From the IMG/VR virus record IMGVR_UViG_3300020215_000003: a stretch of DNA of 64,000 bases. One strand, 5' to 3'. Of this stretch, positions 1 to 7,539 are shown in pieces. Below the pieces are notes generated by a model. The model saw only the letters and a program-made list of their open reading frames with translations. It did not search any database and was not told the origin of the DNA. How positions within the stretch are numbered: position 1 is the first letter of the stretch; each line of letters begins with the position of its first letter. Source of the stretch: an uncultured virus (IMG/VR IMGVR_UViG_3300020215_000003). Taxonomy: Duplodnaviria > Heunggongvirae > Uroviricota > Caudoviricetes. The position numbers were made by a program, and so were the translations under genes.

Positions 1-259
1 CTTCCAGGGCTTGCTGGCGGGTCGTGTAGCGGCGCTGGTATTCGTCGTGCGGCCCGCCGAAGATCATCGTTTCGTACAAAAGCGGCGGGCCTTTGCCGTG
101 CTGGTGGTCGAGGCCGAGAAACACGGTGCTGACGCGCACCTCCCCAATCGTTTCTTGGGCAATGATCCTGTCTTGGCTGCTCTCGAACCACTTCGCCCAG
201 GTCATGAGGTCGGCGGGCTTGGGCACGCCAGCGGCGTCGAGGATGTACTTATCGCTCAT
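1..259 (-). CDS. Conserved phage hypothetical protein, runs off the window start
   Basis: Not in the ORF track. Manual translation from ATG 259 (GGAGG upstream) gives MSDKYILD...VSTVFLGLDH...PPLLYETMIFGG...YQRRY, a motif pattern common in phage proteins. Confidence 0.75.
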   Translation of the reverse strand, partial: MSDKYILDAAGVPKPADLMTWAKWFESSQDRIIAQETIGEVRVSTVFLGLDHQHGKGPPLLYETMIFGGPHDEYQRRYTTRQQALE

Positions 260-358
260 CGGGCCTCCAAAAATCCACCCCGCCCGGCCTCGGCTCCGCG
301 TGAGCGGGCGGCGGTGATGAGTCGCCGCAGAGGACACGGGCGGGGCAGAGGGAATGAC

Positions 359-814
359 TTACTCTTCGGCGAGGCCAAGCGCCTCTTTGGTCTCGTCGTT
401 GTCTGGATCGTTTATGTCGATGCCCTCGGCGTCGAGCTGCTCCATCACGTCAGCTTCGAGGGCGCAGTAGGCAAGACCAGACCAGTTGATAGCGCCGTCA
501 TTCGCAATGCCCTCTTTCCCGAATTGGTCTACGTAGGCATCTTGGTTCTCAGTGAAGAGGAGCGTTTTCTGCGCCTGCCAGGTGTAGATCACGCGCTCGT
601 TGCCGTCGATGGTCTCGTTGATGTGCTCGATGAGCCATTCGCGGAGCGGTTCGCCGGAGTTGCCGTCTTTGATTTGGTCGCGCAGCTCGTCCATGATGCT
701 ATGGGCGAGGCCGCGCACGTCGGCCCAATATTCGGCGCGGAGCACATGTTCCGCGTCCTTGACGATCTTCTCGGCCTCTTCGCGGGTCAGTTCGGAGAAA
801 GGCTTGGTCAACAT
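359..814 (-). CDS. Acidic early protein, candidate Ocr (T7 gp0.3)-like DNA mimic
   Basis: 151 aa with about 36 D/E versus about 13 K/R by hand count. LIEHINETIDGNERVIY resembles the Ocr segment LHDAIHMAADNAVPHYY. Strong RBS; early-operon position. Confidence 0.5.
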   Translation of the reverse strand: MLTKPFSELTREEAEKIVKDAEHVLRAEYWADVRGLAHSIMDELRDQIKDGNSGEPLREWLIEHINETIDGNERVIYTWQAQKTLLFTENQDAYVDQFGKEGIANDGAINWSGLAYCALEADVMEQLDAEGIDINDPDNDETKEALGLAEE

Positions 815-964
815 GGTTCATTCCCTCTTTTAGGAGTGCGGGGAGGTAATCAACCGCCCCAGTGCTCGCCTACGATGCCGGCGAGCGAAGGCAACACACA
901 AGAGTAGACGCGCCCACCGTGGGCACGTCAAGCGGTGCGGCTGTGCAGGTGCGCAGCCCATAGA

Positions 965-1248
965 TTTAGCGTGCCAGCTCAGCGTATGAGCGCCATCCGT
1001 CAACCGGCTCGCCTCGGAACCATCTCCCCTCTTTCTCCCAGAGGCGGGCATGGAACCCGGTTAGCTTCGCTGCCTCGGCCTCGCGCTTCGTGGCGAACGT
1101 GTCTAGCGTGCCGCCCCTGGACGATTTGAGCGCCCAGCGGCGGCCGTGCTTTTCGACGGTCCACGATGACGGCGGATCGGCGTCGTGTTCTTCTGGGGTA
1201 AGGTGCAGGGCCATTCGCGTTTCCTCCAAAGGGGTTTAGCGTGCCAGC
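965..1248. repeat. 14-bp direct repeat TTTAGCGTGCCAGC
   Basis: Exact copies at 965-978 and 1235-1248; each encodes the LAR-stop end of a gene. Confidence 0.85.
966..1214 (-). CDS. Hypothetical early protein
   Basis: ORF with GGAGGA upstream of ATG 1214 (MALHL...). Confidence 0.65.
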   Translation of the reverse strand: MALHLTPEEHDADPPSSWTVEKHGRRWALKSSRGGTLDTFATKREAEAAKLTGFHARLWEKEGRWFRGEPVDGWRSYAELAR

Positions 1249-1328
1249 GCTTCCGCAATGGCTAGTCCGCAGACAAGGGCGACCAGCGCCAGGGCGATAG
1301 CGCAGAGGCGGGGATAGTGGTTAGGCAT
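1236..1328 (-). CDS. 30-aa hydrophobic single-TM peptide
   Basis: Manual translation MPNHYPRLCAIALALVALVCGLAIAEALAR; fills the gap between neighbouring genes. Confidence 0.55.
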   Translation of the reverse strand: MPNHYPRLCAIALALVALVCGLAIAEALAR

Positions 1329-1331
1329 TGG

Positions 1332-1667
1332 CTAGGCTCCGGTGCCAGTGGCCTTTGCAATAGCCTTGCGCAGCACGTCTAAACGAAGCGTGGATACACG
1401 CCACGCCGCGCTTGCGCCAAGCTCCTCGAAAGCCTGCTTGCATGCCTCCAGCAAATCAGGCGCGGCCGCTATTAATCGTGCATCAGCCTCGGCAATGGCG
1501 TGGTCATTCGCTTCGCAGACCTCGGCTATCGTTTCTATGGCAACATCGACGCCCCGTTCCTCGGCGGCTTCCTTGCCAAGGTCCCGATTGATGCCGAACG
1601 CTCGCAAGCCGTTTAGCTTGTCGTCGGCGCTGTAGGTCCACGGTCCCGGTGTGTGTTTCGCTTGCAT
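1332..1667 (-). CDS. Phage hypothetical protein (HTPGPW...DARLIAAAPDLL family)
   Basis: Typical N- and C-terminal motifs; GGAGG RBS. Confidence 0.8.
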   Translation of the reverse strand: MQAKHTPGPWTYSADDKLNGLRAFGINRDLGKEAAEERGVDVAIETIAEVCEANDHAIAEADARLIAAAPDLLEACKQAFEELGASAAWRVSTLRLDVLRKAIAKATGTGA

Positions 1668-1751
1668 CGCTTATCCCTCCAGGGTTTGCCACCTGGCGCG
1701 CTCCGAAGTGAAGCGCGGCCCATTACGCGCCTTGCGGCGCGGGCTCTGAGT

Positions 1752-1979
1752 TTAGAACCTGGCGGCGCTCTTTTCCTTCGCCCATGTCAGCAGCGATTCC
1801 AGCTCTTTCAATACCTTGCGAGCGCCGATCGTCTGTTCATAGATGATCGGTGTATCTGGCTGGTCTAGTTCCCGGTCCATGTTCGCCACATGGCGGCGCA
1901 TGCGCGTGGTTTCTTCGGATAGTGCGTCGCGGATTGCGATAACCTCAGATTCGGTGAACGTCGCGGTAATGGTTCTCAT
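1752..1979 (-). CDS. Hypothetical early protein
   Basis: ORF preceded by GGAGGGAATGA. Confidence 0.65.
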   Translation of the reverse strand: MRTITATFTESEVIAIRDALSEETTRMRRHVANMDRELDQPDTPIIYEQTIGARKVLKELESLLTWAKEKSAARF

Positions 1980-2077
1980 TGTTCATTCCCTCCGAATATG
2001 GCCGGGTAATCAATCCGGCATACGGTTAAAGGCACTCACCATAGCGCCGGAGCATGCCGGCGCAGTAGTGAAAGCCC

Positions 2078-2602
2078 CTAAGCGGATTGCGCGTGGCGAG
2101 ACGTGCGGAAATGCTCGGGCGTGATTGTCGGCAGCGCGTCCCATGCCACTACGTCTTGTTCGATGCCGACCGCATAGGCGTCTATAGCGTTCGTCGTCAT
2201 GTCTCTGAGGAAGAACGCGATCGGATAGCCTGCGCCGTTCAGGACAACGCCGATAAACTCGAAACCGTAAAACTCCGCCTCCGCCTTGCCATGCTCTCCC
2301 TCAAACGTGACAGATGGATAGGCGCGGCTGATGCCGTGGCGCAGCGCAGCTCCTACCTTGATGGGGAGATGCGGTTCGCTTGGCGCGTGAAACATCCAGC
2401 CATTTGGCATGGTCTCTTTAGTCAGGACGAAAGAGAGGATGCGGAACCCGTTGGCGCGGGCACGCATCATGGCGACGTTGGATAGGTCGGAGCGGCGCTT
2501 TTGCTCGGCGCGGTTTGCCTTCTCCGCCTTGCGTAGCGCTTTCTTGGCGGCCTTTTCGGTCTCGCCCTCAAACCGGCCTAGCTCTGTCTCGATCGCAAAC
2601 AT
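2078..2602 (-). CDS. Hypothetical protein, first gene of the early operon
   Basis: ORF preceded by GAGGGAATGA; lies directly downstream of the promoter at 2667-2695. Confidence 0.7.
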   Translation of the reverse strand: MFAIETELGRFEGETEKAAKKALRKAEKANRAEQKRRSDLSNVAMMRARANGFRILSFVLTKETMPNGWMFHAPSEPHLPIKVGAALRHGISRAYPSVTFEGEHGKAEAEFYGFEFIGVVLNGAGYPIAFFLRDMTTNAIDAYAVGIEQDVVAWDALPTITPEHFRTSRHAQSA

Positions 2603-2666
2603 GGTCATTCCCTCTGTGCGGGACGAGTAATCAGCTCGTCCGCGGGTTGAATTGATCTACGCTCTA

Positions 2667-2695
2667 ACTATTACGTCGGCGAAAGAGATAGTCAA
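2667..2695 (-). promoter_or_regulatory. Sigma70-type promoter of the early operon
   Basis: TTGACT-17 nt-AATAGT on the minus strand. Confidence 0.6.
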
Positions 2696-2758
2696 GGGGG
2701 AGAGAAAGAAAAGACGTGAGACCGCAGAAAAGATTGATCTATTTCGCTGACGGGACAG

Positions 2759-2950
2759 TTAGTTTTGTGGGCGCGGTCTGCCGGGAGCCTGACGTTTGAA
2801 GCGCATCACGTCAGAACGGAGAAGGGCATAGGAGCGTTCGAGCTGCTTAGCGGGAAGGCGGCCAGCTCGAATGAATTGCCTGACGCGCGTAGGCGTGACA
2901 CCGATAATCCGGGCCGCCTCAGACACCGATAGGACATCATCAAGGGACAT
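2759..2950 (-). CDS. Excisionase/MerR-like helix-turn-helix protein (HTH_17 type)
   Basis: 63 aa, LSVSEAARIIGVTPTRVRQFIRAGRLPA...GRP; start re-assigned to ATG 2950. Confidence 0.85.
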   Translation of the reverse strand: MSLDDVLSVSEAARIIGVTPTRVRQFIRAGRLPAKQLERSYALLRSDVMRFKRQAPGRPRPQN

Positions 2951-2958
2951 CACGCAAG

Positions 2959-2987
2959 ATTCTATCGCCGACGAAAGAGAAAGCGAA
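2959..2987 (-). promoter_or_regulatory. Promoter for a near-leaderless HTH transcript
   Basis: TTCGCT-17 nt-TAGAAT ending 8 nt before the ATG; no SD sequence. Confidence 0.55.
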
Positions 2988-3149
2988 TGAAAATGAAAGA
3001 AGCATTTTCGCTGAGAGGGAACGGCAGCGACGCGCTGAACGGCGCCAGCACGCACACAAGACCGCAATAGCCGGCGCAACGGACGATGTAGCGCCGCTCT
3101 TTCCCGCCTCTTTACGCGCCGATTGCCCAGGCGATGCATAACAGAGGAG

Positions 3150-3249
3150 CCAGACACACCAGAGCAGATGGACCAGAGACACAAGAAGCGCCAGAGCCTA
3201 CCATCTGGCAGCTCTGGTAGCTCTGACAGGTCTGGTAGCTCTGGTAGGG
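3150..3249. repeat. CCAGA(G) copies followed by five degenerate 9-bp tandem units
   Basis: CCAGA at 3150, 3159, 3173, 3191, then CTGGCAGCT CTGGTAGCT CTGACAGGT CTGGTAGCT CTGGTAGGG at 3205-3249. Confidence 0.75.
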
Positions 3250-3631
3250 ACGAGCTCTTTCACCCATGCTTACCCGCTCTTTCGGCCATGCTTCAGACCA
3301 GAGGCGGAACAATGCCGAACCATAGCAGACACAAGGGCTTGCGGCCATTCGTCCCAGGCTATGCGTTAACCCTTCCGCTAACAGGACAAAGGCCCCCTCA
3401 GCCTGTCATTAGCATATGCTAGCTTCACATACCGCACGATACATGGCCACGCATAGCTAGTCGGGGTATATGCTTGCGTCATACTGGCCATGGGCTGTGC
3501 ATGGGCCAGAGACCCTACCCGGTTGGCCCCCAAACGTAGCCAGGACAGTAGTCATATGCCCCATCTGGAGTTTTTGACCCCCCTTTAGTTTTGGGGAGGC
3601 TCTAGGATCACGTCTGGCGCGTTTTGGTGGG

Positions 3632-4243
3632 TTAGGTGGCTTTGGAGTCGGGTTGAGGTGTTTGGAGCGGTTCTGGGGCATTCTGGGAGGAATCTGGACC
3701 TGTGTGGGTGTTCAGTACGTGGTGATCGACCGGCTCGAATCGCTTCCTGCCCATCTTGGCTGCCACTTGGTCGTAGCTGATCGGCCGGAATTCCCAGCAG
3801 TCCACGCCGACGTCGAAGGAGCGGCTGGTTTCGAGCTCGGGGAGGCTGCCGTGGCTGTGTCCGTGGAGGTGCCAGGAGCCGTGGTGCATGCAGTTCCAGG
3901 TACGGAAGGCGTAGTGGCAGAGGTAGATCTTCTGGTCACCAACCTTCAGGCCGAAGTAGTCCTTGATCCAGATCCAGCGGTCCAGTTTCTCCGCGACCCG
4001 CTCGTGGTTGCCGCGGATGAGGTAAATCTGCCCGTTGAGGCGTTCGGCGATCTTGCGGGCCTCCTCGACCGGACCCAGGGCGAAGTCGCCAAGGTGGTAT
4101 ACCCGGTCACCGGGACGGACACGCTCATTCCACCGCTCGATCATGAGATCGTTCATCTCGTCGAGCGAGGCGAACTGTTTGCGGAAGAGCAGGCAGTTCT
4201 TGTGGTTGAAGTGGGTGTCGGAAGTGAACCAGATGTCGTTCAT
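3632..4243 (-). CDS. Calcineurin-like metallophosphoesterase
   Basis: Motifs SDTHFNH, HLGDF, RGNHE, HGHSH and DVGVD. Confidence 0.92.
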   Translation of the reverse strand: MNDIWFTSDTHFNHKNCLLFRKQFASLDEMNDLMIERWNERVRPGDRVYHLGDFALGPVEEARKIAERLNGQIYLIRGNHERVAEKLDRWIWIKDYFGLKVGDQKIYLCHYAFRTWNCMHHGSWHLHGHSHGSLPELETSRSFDVGVDCWEFRPISYDQVAAKMGRKRFEPVDHHVLNTHTGPDSSQNAPEPLQTPQPDSKAT

Positions 4244-4497
4244 GGGCGTTTCGAGGCTTGCTTCCAGAAGGACTCAATGTCGGAGCGGAGGCGGTCAAAG
4301 GTGAGGTCGGTGTTGTCGCCCCAGTCGAGGTCGTATTTGGTCAGGGCTTTGATGTCCCCTGGTTGCAGGTAGAGCGCCCGCGCTTGCTTGCCTTCATCCC
4401 ATCTATCGTCGCGGTCCAGTTCCAGCGCTCCGAAGTGGCGTAAGTTGTAGCTGCGGTCGCCGATGCGCAGGATGCCGTCGTTGATTTCCCAGGTCAT
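4240..4497 (-). CDS. Hypothetical protein
   Basis: Start MTWEIND at 4497 with GAGG RBS; ATGA overlaps at both ends. Confidence 0.6.
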   Translation of the reverse strand: MTWEINDGILRIGDRSYNLRHFGALELDRDDRWDEGKQARALYLQPGDIKALTKYDLDWGDNTDLTFDRLRSDIESFWKQASKRP

Positions 4498-4691
4498 TTC
4501 GCCTCCTCGTGTTCCTTGGCCTCTTCCCATGTCGGTGTGGGGGCGATGGCTTCGCCGAATGTTTGGTTGATGTGGCGGCGCCGGGCCATTTCTTCCTCGT
4601 AGCACTCCCGGCAGAGGCGCAGGTGCATGGGGCCGATCGGAACCAGCTTCAGAGGACCAGGGGAGGAGCACCGCTTGCCGTCGCAGGTCAT
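4494..4691 (-). CDS. Hypothetical Cys-containing protein
   Basis: CxxxxC and CxxC motifs; coupled to the next gene. Confidence 0.6.
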   Translation of the reverse strand: MTCDGKRCSSPGPLKLVPIGPMHLRLCRECYEEEMARRRHINQTFGEAIAPTPTWEEAKEHEEAK

Positions 4692-4871
4692 TTCTCGGCT
4701 TCCTCGTTGGAGCGCGCCTCGTCCGCGGCAAGATCAATGGCCTGAGCAAGCACCTTGGCGGCTTGCCAGCTTTCTTATCTTGTGGCGGAGATGGGTCAGC
4801 CCCAGGAGCGTGATGGAAACCTCGTCGTACTCCAGGGACACGACCACATCTTCGGTCTCGACGTTGCCCAT
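4688..4871 (-). pseudogene. Small gene with an apparent frameshift near 4775
   Basis: MGNVETEDVV...HKIR continues in another frame as WQAAKVLAQAIDLAADEARSNEEAEK-stop, which overlaps the next ATG. Confidence 0.45.
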
Positions 4872-4883
4872 TGACGCAACTCC

Positions 4884-5177
4884 TTAGTAATACTCGCATT
4901 CCAGGCCGGTTGCTTGCTCAACGAGTGCGCGGATCTTGTGCAGGTCCTCTTTCGCCGGCGCGTGCTCGACGCTCTCGACCCACCGCGTCAGCCGGCCGAT
5001 CTTCGAGATGGTCTCGATCTTCTCCAGCACCGCGGCACCAACGAGGCGGTCGATGAACGCCACGATGGGATCGACGACCTGATCGGATGGGCCCATGCCT
5101 ACCACGATCCCGGCCGGCGTGTGCGTGTATTCGATGGGCAGAAGCCGTTTCAGTTCAGCGATTTGCGTGTCGGTCAT
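4884..5177 (-). CDS. Hypothetical protein
   Basis: ORF in operon context with an RBS. Confidence 0.6.
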   Translation of the reverse strand: MTDTQIAELKRLLPIEYTHTPAGIVVGMGPSDQVVDPIVAFIDRLVGAAVLEKIETISKIGRLTRWVESVEHAPAKEDLHKIRALVEQATGLECEYY

Positions 5178-5185
5178 CGTGGCCC

Positions 5186-5521
5186 TCAGTCATTGGCTTT
5201 GCGGGTGATTGGCTCGTCGGCCATCCGTGCCTCGGCCTTTTTCATGATCTCGGCCACCGCCGGCGCCTCATCGCCGAACATCTCAGTGAGAGCGTCGGTG
5301 TCCGAGCTGCGGATTTGGATCTGGTTGCCGCTGGCCTTGGGGACAAAAGGCTGTCCGTCCATCGCCATGGCGTCGCCCTGATAGCTTGGTTGGTACACGA
5401 CATTATTGTGACGGTCGCGTCCGACGCCGGCGTCGTCAAAGATCACAAGGCATGGCAGGCATACGCAGTTATCCGTGAGCCCCTTGCCGCAGATCGGGCA
5501 ATTGCGCTGACCACCGTCCAT
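5186..5521 (-). CDS. Hypothetical zinc-ribbon protein
   Basis: CPIC...CLPC; GAGGAG RBS. Confidence 0.65.
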   Translation of the reverse strand: MDGGQRNCPICGKGLTDNCVCLPCLVIFDDAGVGRDRHNNVVYQPSYQGDAMAMDGQPFVPKASGNQIQIRSSDTDALTEMFGDEAPAVAEIMKKAEARMADEPITRKAND

Positions 5522-5607
5522 AATCGAATCTCCTCAAATTAGCGTCACCTAACCTCTTGGCATGTGTCTTGCAAGTTGTTGTGCTACCATGCTTTTAGGA
5601 GGGTGCC

Positions 5608-5760
5608 GTGAACGACCTTGCGGTGATAAAGGCCCTGCTGAACCCCACTTTGCTCTCAAGCGAGGCAGTGCGGCGCTTGTCGATCAGGAAGCAGAAGTAC
5701 GTGCCCCTGCGTAAGAAGCTGCTCAAGGCCCCGCCTCCGGTGCAGGTGTCGCTGCGGTGA
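5608..5760 (+). CDS. 50-aa basic protein, opposite in direction to the surrounding operon
   Basis: TGcTACCAT extended -10 at 5582-5590, AGGAGG at 5597-5602, GTG at 5608; MNDLAVIKALLNPTLLSSEAVRRLSIRKQKYVPLRKKLLKAPPPVQVSLR. Confidence 0.55.
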   Translation: MNDLAVIKALLNPTLLSSEAVRRLSIRKQKYVPLRKKLLKAPPPVQVSLR

Positions 5761-5975
5761 CGGGGTTCATGATCTGGTCGTAGGCTTGGCTCACTGTTGC
5801 TTTGGAGCATTCGGGACAGATGTCAACATCAACGTCATTGACGCCTGTTTTGTGCGGCGTCACACTGACCCCGAACATCACACCAAGCCTCGCATCCGAC
5901 CACGCGCTCGGTGTATAGGCGGCAGCCATTCTCCGGCATTTCCTTGCCGCAGTAGTCGCAGAACTTCTTCAGCAT
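5723..5975 (-). pseudogene. Zinc-finger protein with an apparent frameshift near 5897
   Basis: MLKKFCDYCGKEM... and ...DICPECSK... are in different frames but together give the two CxxC pairs of one protein. Confidence 0.55.
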
Positions 5976-6170
5976 GAACTCTCCTTCGCCGGTTCGGCCA
6001 CTTCGGATCTCGTCGGGGATCGTGGCCATCAGCACCTCAAGCGAGGTTCTGATGCCGAGAAAGGCTTGGTGGACCTCGCCGTCGTACTCGATGTCGTCAT
6101 TGGTCAGAATGTCCTGCTGCACATGGTCGCGCAGCTTTTCGATGCCATTCTTCACGAATTGCAGCGTCAT
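5969..6170 (-). pseudogene. Hypothetical gene with an apparent frameshift near 6005
   Basis: Removing one base gives ...EVAEPAKESSC-stop overlapping the downstream ATG; as written it is fused to the next gene. Confidence 0.4.
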
Positions 6171-6183
6171 GCGATTCTCCGGG

Positions 6184-6549
6184 TTAGTAATCTCTCCGCA
6201 TGGACGAGGTGAAGGCGTCGGCCATCTTCTCGGCCATCTTGTCCACGGGCATGTTCAGGATGCGGTCGGCGGTCTCGCGGATCAGCGCGTTCAGCTTCTC
6301 CATGAACGACGCATCGCTTTTGACGTACTCTCTGACCAGTTCCCGGGCGACTTCCGTGGTCGCTCGGTCGAAGGCAATCTCCAACTCCGTCTTACCCATG
6401 CCGTACTCGCCGGTTTTCTTGTTCAAGAGGTTGCTGATGGCCGAGCGCAGAAGGTTCTCCCGCACCTCTGGGGTGAGCGTGCCCATGATCGCCTGGGCGG
6501 TCGCCTCACGCAGGGCCACGGGGTCGAGTTGAATGGTCAGTTGGCTCAT
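6184..6549 (-). CDS. Hypothetical helical protein
   Basis: ORF with GAGGAG RBS. Confidence 0.7.
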   Translation of the reverse strand: MSQLTIQLDPVALREATAQAIMGTLTPEVRENLLRSAISNLLNKKTGEYGMGKTELEIAFDRATTEVARELVREYVKSDASFMEKLNALIRETADRILNMPVDKMAEKMADAFTSSMRRDY

Positions 6550-6791
6550 GCGTTTCTCCTCGGGAACTGCTTTGCAATGGCCGGGTGCACATAGATCGAG
6601 TTTCCGACCAGGTACATGGCAGGTTTTGCGGGCCCGTCATGGCCGATGCCCAGTGCACGACACGCCCTCTCGTCCTTTGGCTCCCACTCGAAGAACCGAT
6701 GCTTCGGAAACACCCAGTCGCGCTGCACGCACAGGTCCGAGACGTAGACCGGCATGCCTTCCACCATTCTCAGGGCTTCCTGCGGAGTCAT
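6546..6791 (-). CDS. Hypothetical protein
   Basis: ATGA-coupled ORF. Confidence 0.6.
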   Translation of the reverse strand: MTPQEALRMVEGMPVYVSDLCVQRDWVFPKHRFFEWEPKDERACRALGIGHDGPAKPAMYLVGNSIYVHPAIAKQFPRRNA

Positions 6792-6825
6792 TGGGCTCGC
6801 CAGAGGTCACGTCCGATAACGGGGT

Positions 6826-7080
6826 TTATGTTCGGTTTTCCGGTTGAGGAGTCTGGGTAAGGATCGGCCGGGCCCGGATGCGCGTCACCACGTCCTCGAT
6901 CTCCTGCCACTTCGCGTCCCGGCCGTAGTTGAACTGCAGCTCCTTGCGGAGAAGCAGGATTATCTGCTCGCGTTCTTCCTCGACCGCGGAGCGAATGGCG
7001 TCGTCGAGATCGGCGCATACATACACCGGCACTATCACTTCGGTTGGCTGTTCGTTCTGCATCGGTGTCGGTGCCATCAC
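6826..7080 (-). CDS. Hypothetical protein
   Basis: Coupled ORF containing AVEEEREQII. Confidence 0.5.
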   Translation of the reverse strand: MMAPTPMQNEQPTEVIVPVYVCADLDDAIRSAVEEEREQIILLLRKELQFNYGRDAKWQEIEDVVTRIRARPILTQTPQPENRT

Positions 7081-7268
7081 TTGCCACTCACTCGGCCCAA
7101 TAGATCGTTCAGAAAAGCGTTCTGTTTCGCACTGTGTTCCTTGGCCACTTCGTAAGCCTGCCGGAGCGACGACTTGAAGCTGCGCACGGTAATCTTCATC
7201 ACCGTGTCGTCCAGCCGAAGGCCGGGGTTCTTCTCCACGAGCCGCTGCCAGTAGTCATCGAACGTCAT
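7077..7268 (-). CDS. Hypothetical protein
   Basis: Coupled ORF. Confidence 0.6.
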   Translation of the reverse strand: MTFDDYWQRLVEKNPGLRLDDTVMKITVRSFKSSLRQAYEVAKEHSAKQNAFLNDLLGRVSGK

Positions 7269-7539
7269 GGCGCATCCCTTCGAGTTCCTTCACCTTGGCT
7301 CTGAGCCTCTCGCACTCCGGGCAGGTCCGGTTCACCAGCGCGATCCCCCGGGCCACCTTCCCGCGGCGGACGATGTAGCCCTTCTTCTCCAGCGCGTTGA
7401 GGTGCCCAACAACGCCGTGCGGCGTGGTGATGCCGAAGCGTTCTCCGATCTCGCGGATGCACGGAGGGAAGCCATCGCGGTCGATGGCTTCTGCGATGAA
7501 GCTGAGGATCGCAGATTGGCGTTCGGTGAGCTGGTTCAC
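7255..7539 (-). CDS. LexA-type winged-helix DNA-binding protein without the peptidase domain
   Basis: LTERQ..IL.FI...GFPPCIREIG..FG.....V..HL.ALEKKGYI.R....RGI; ends in CPEC plus a short coiled coil. Confidence 0.9.
   Translation of the reverse strand: MNQLTERQSAILSFIAEAIDRDGFPPCIREIGERFGITTPHGVVGHLNALEKKGYIVRRGKVARGIALVNRTCPECERLRAKVKELEGMRHDVR

Noticed and set aside
11..907. 298-aa plus-strand ORF
   Set aside because: Shadow of two minus-strand genes that have clear RBSs and protein-like sequence.
3205..3249. CRISPR array
   Set aside because: Units are 9 bp and contiguous with no spacers; no cas genes are present.
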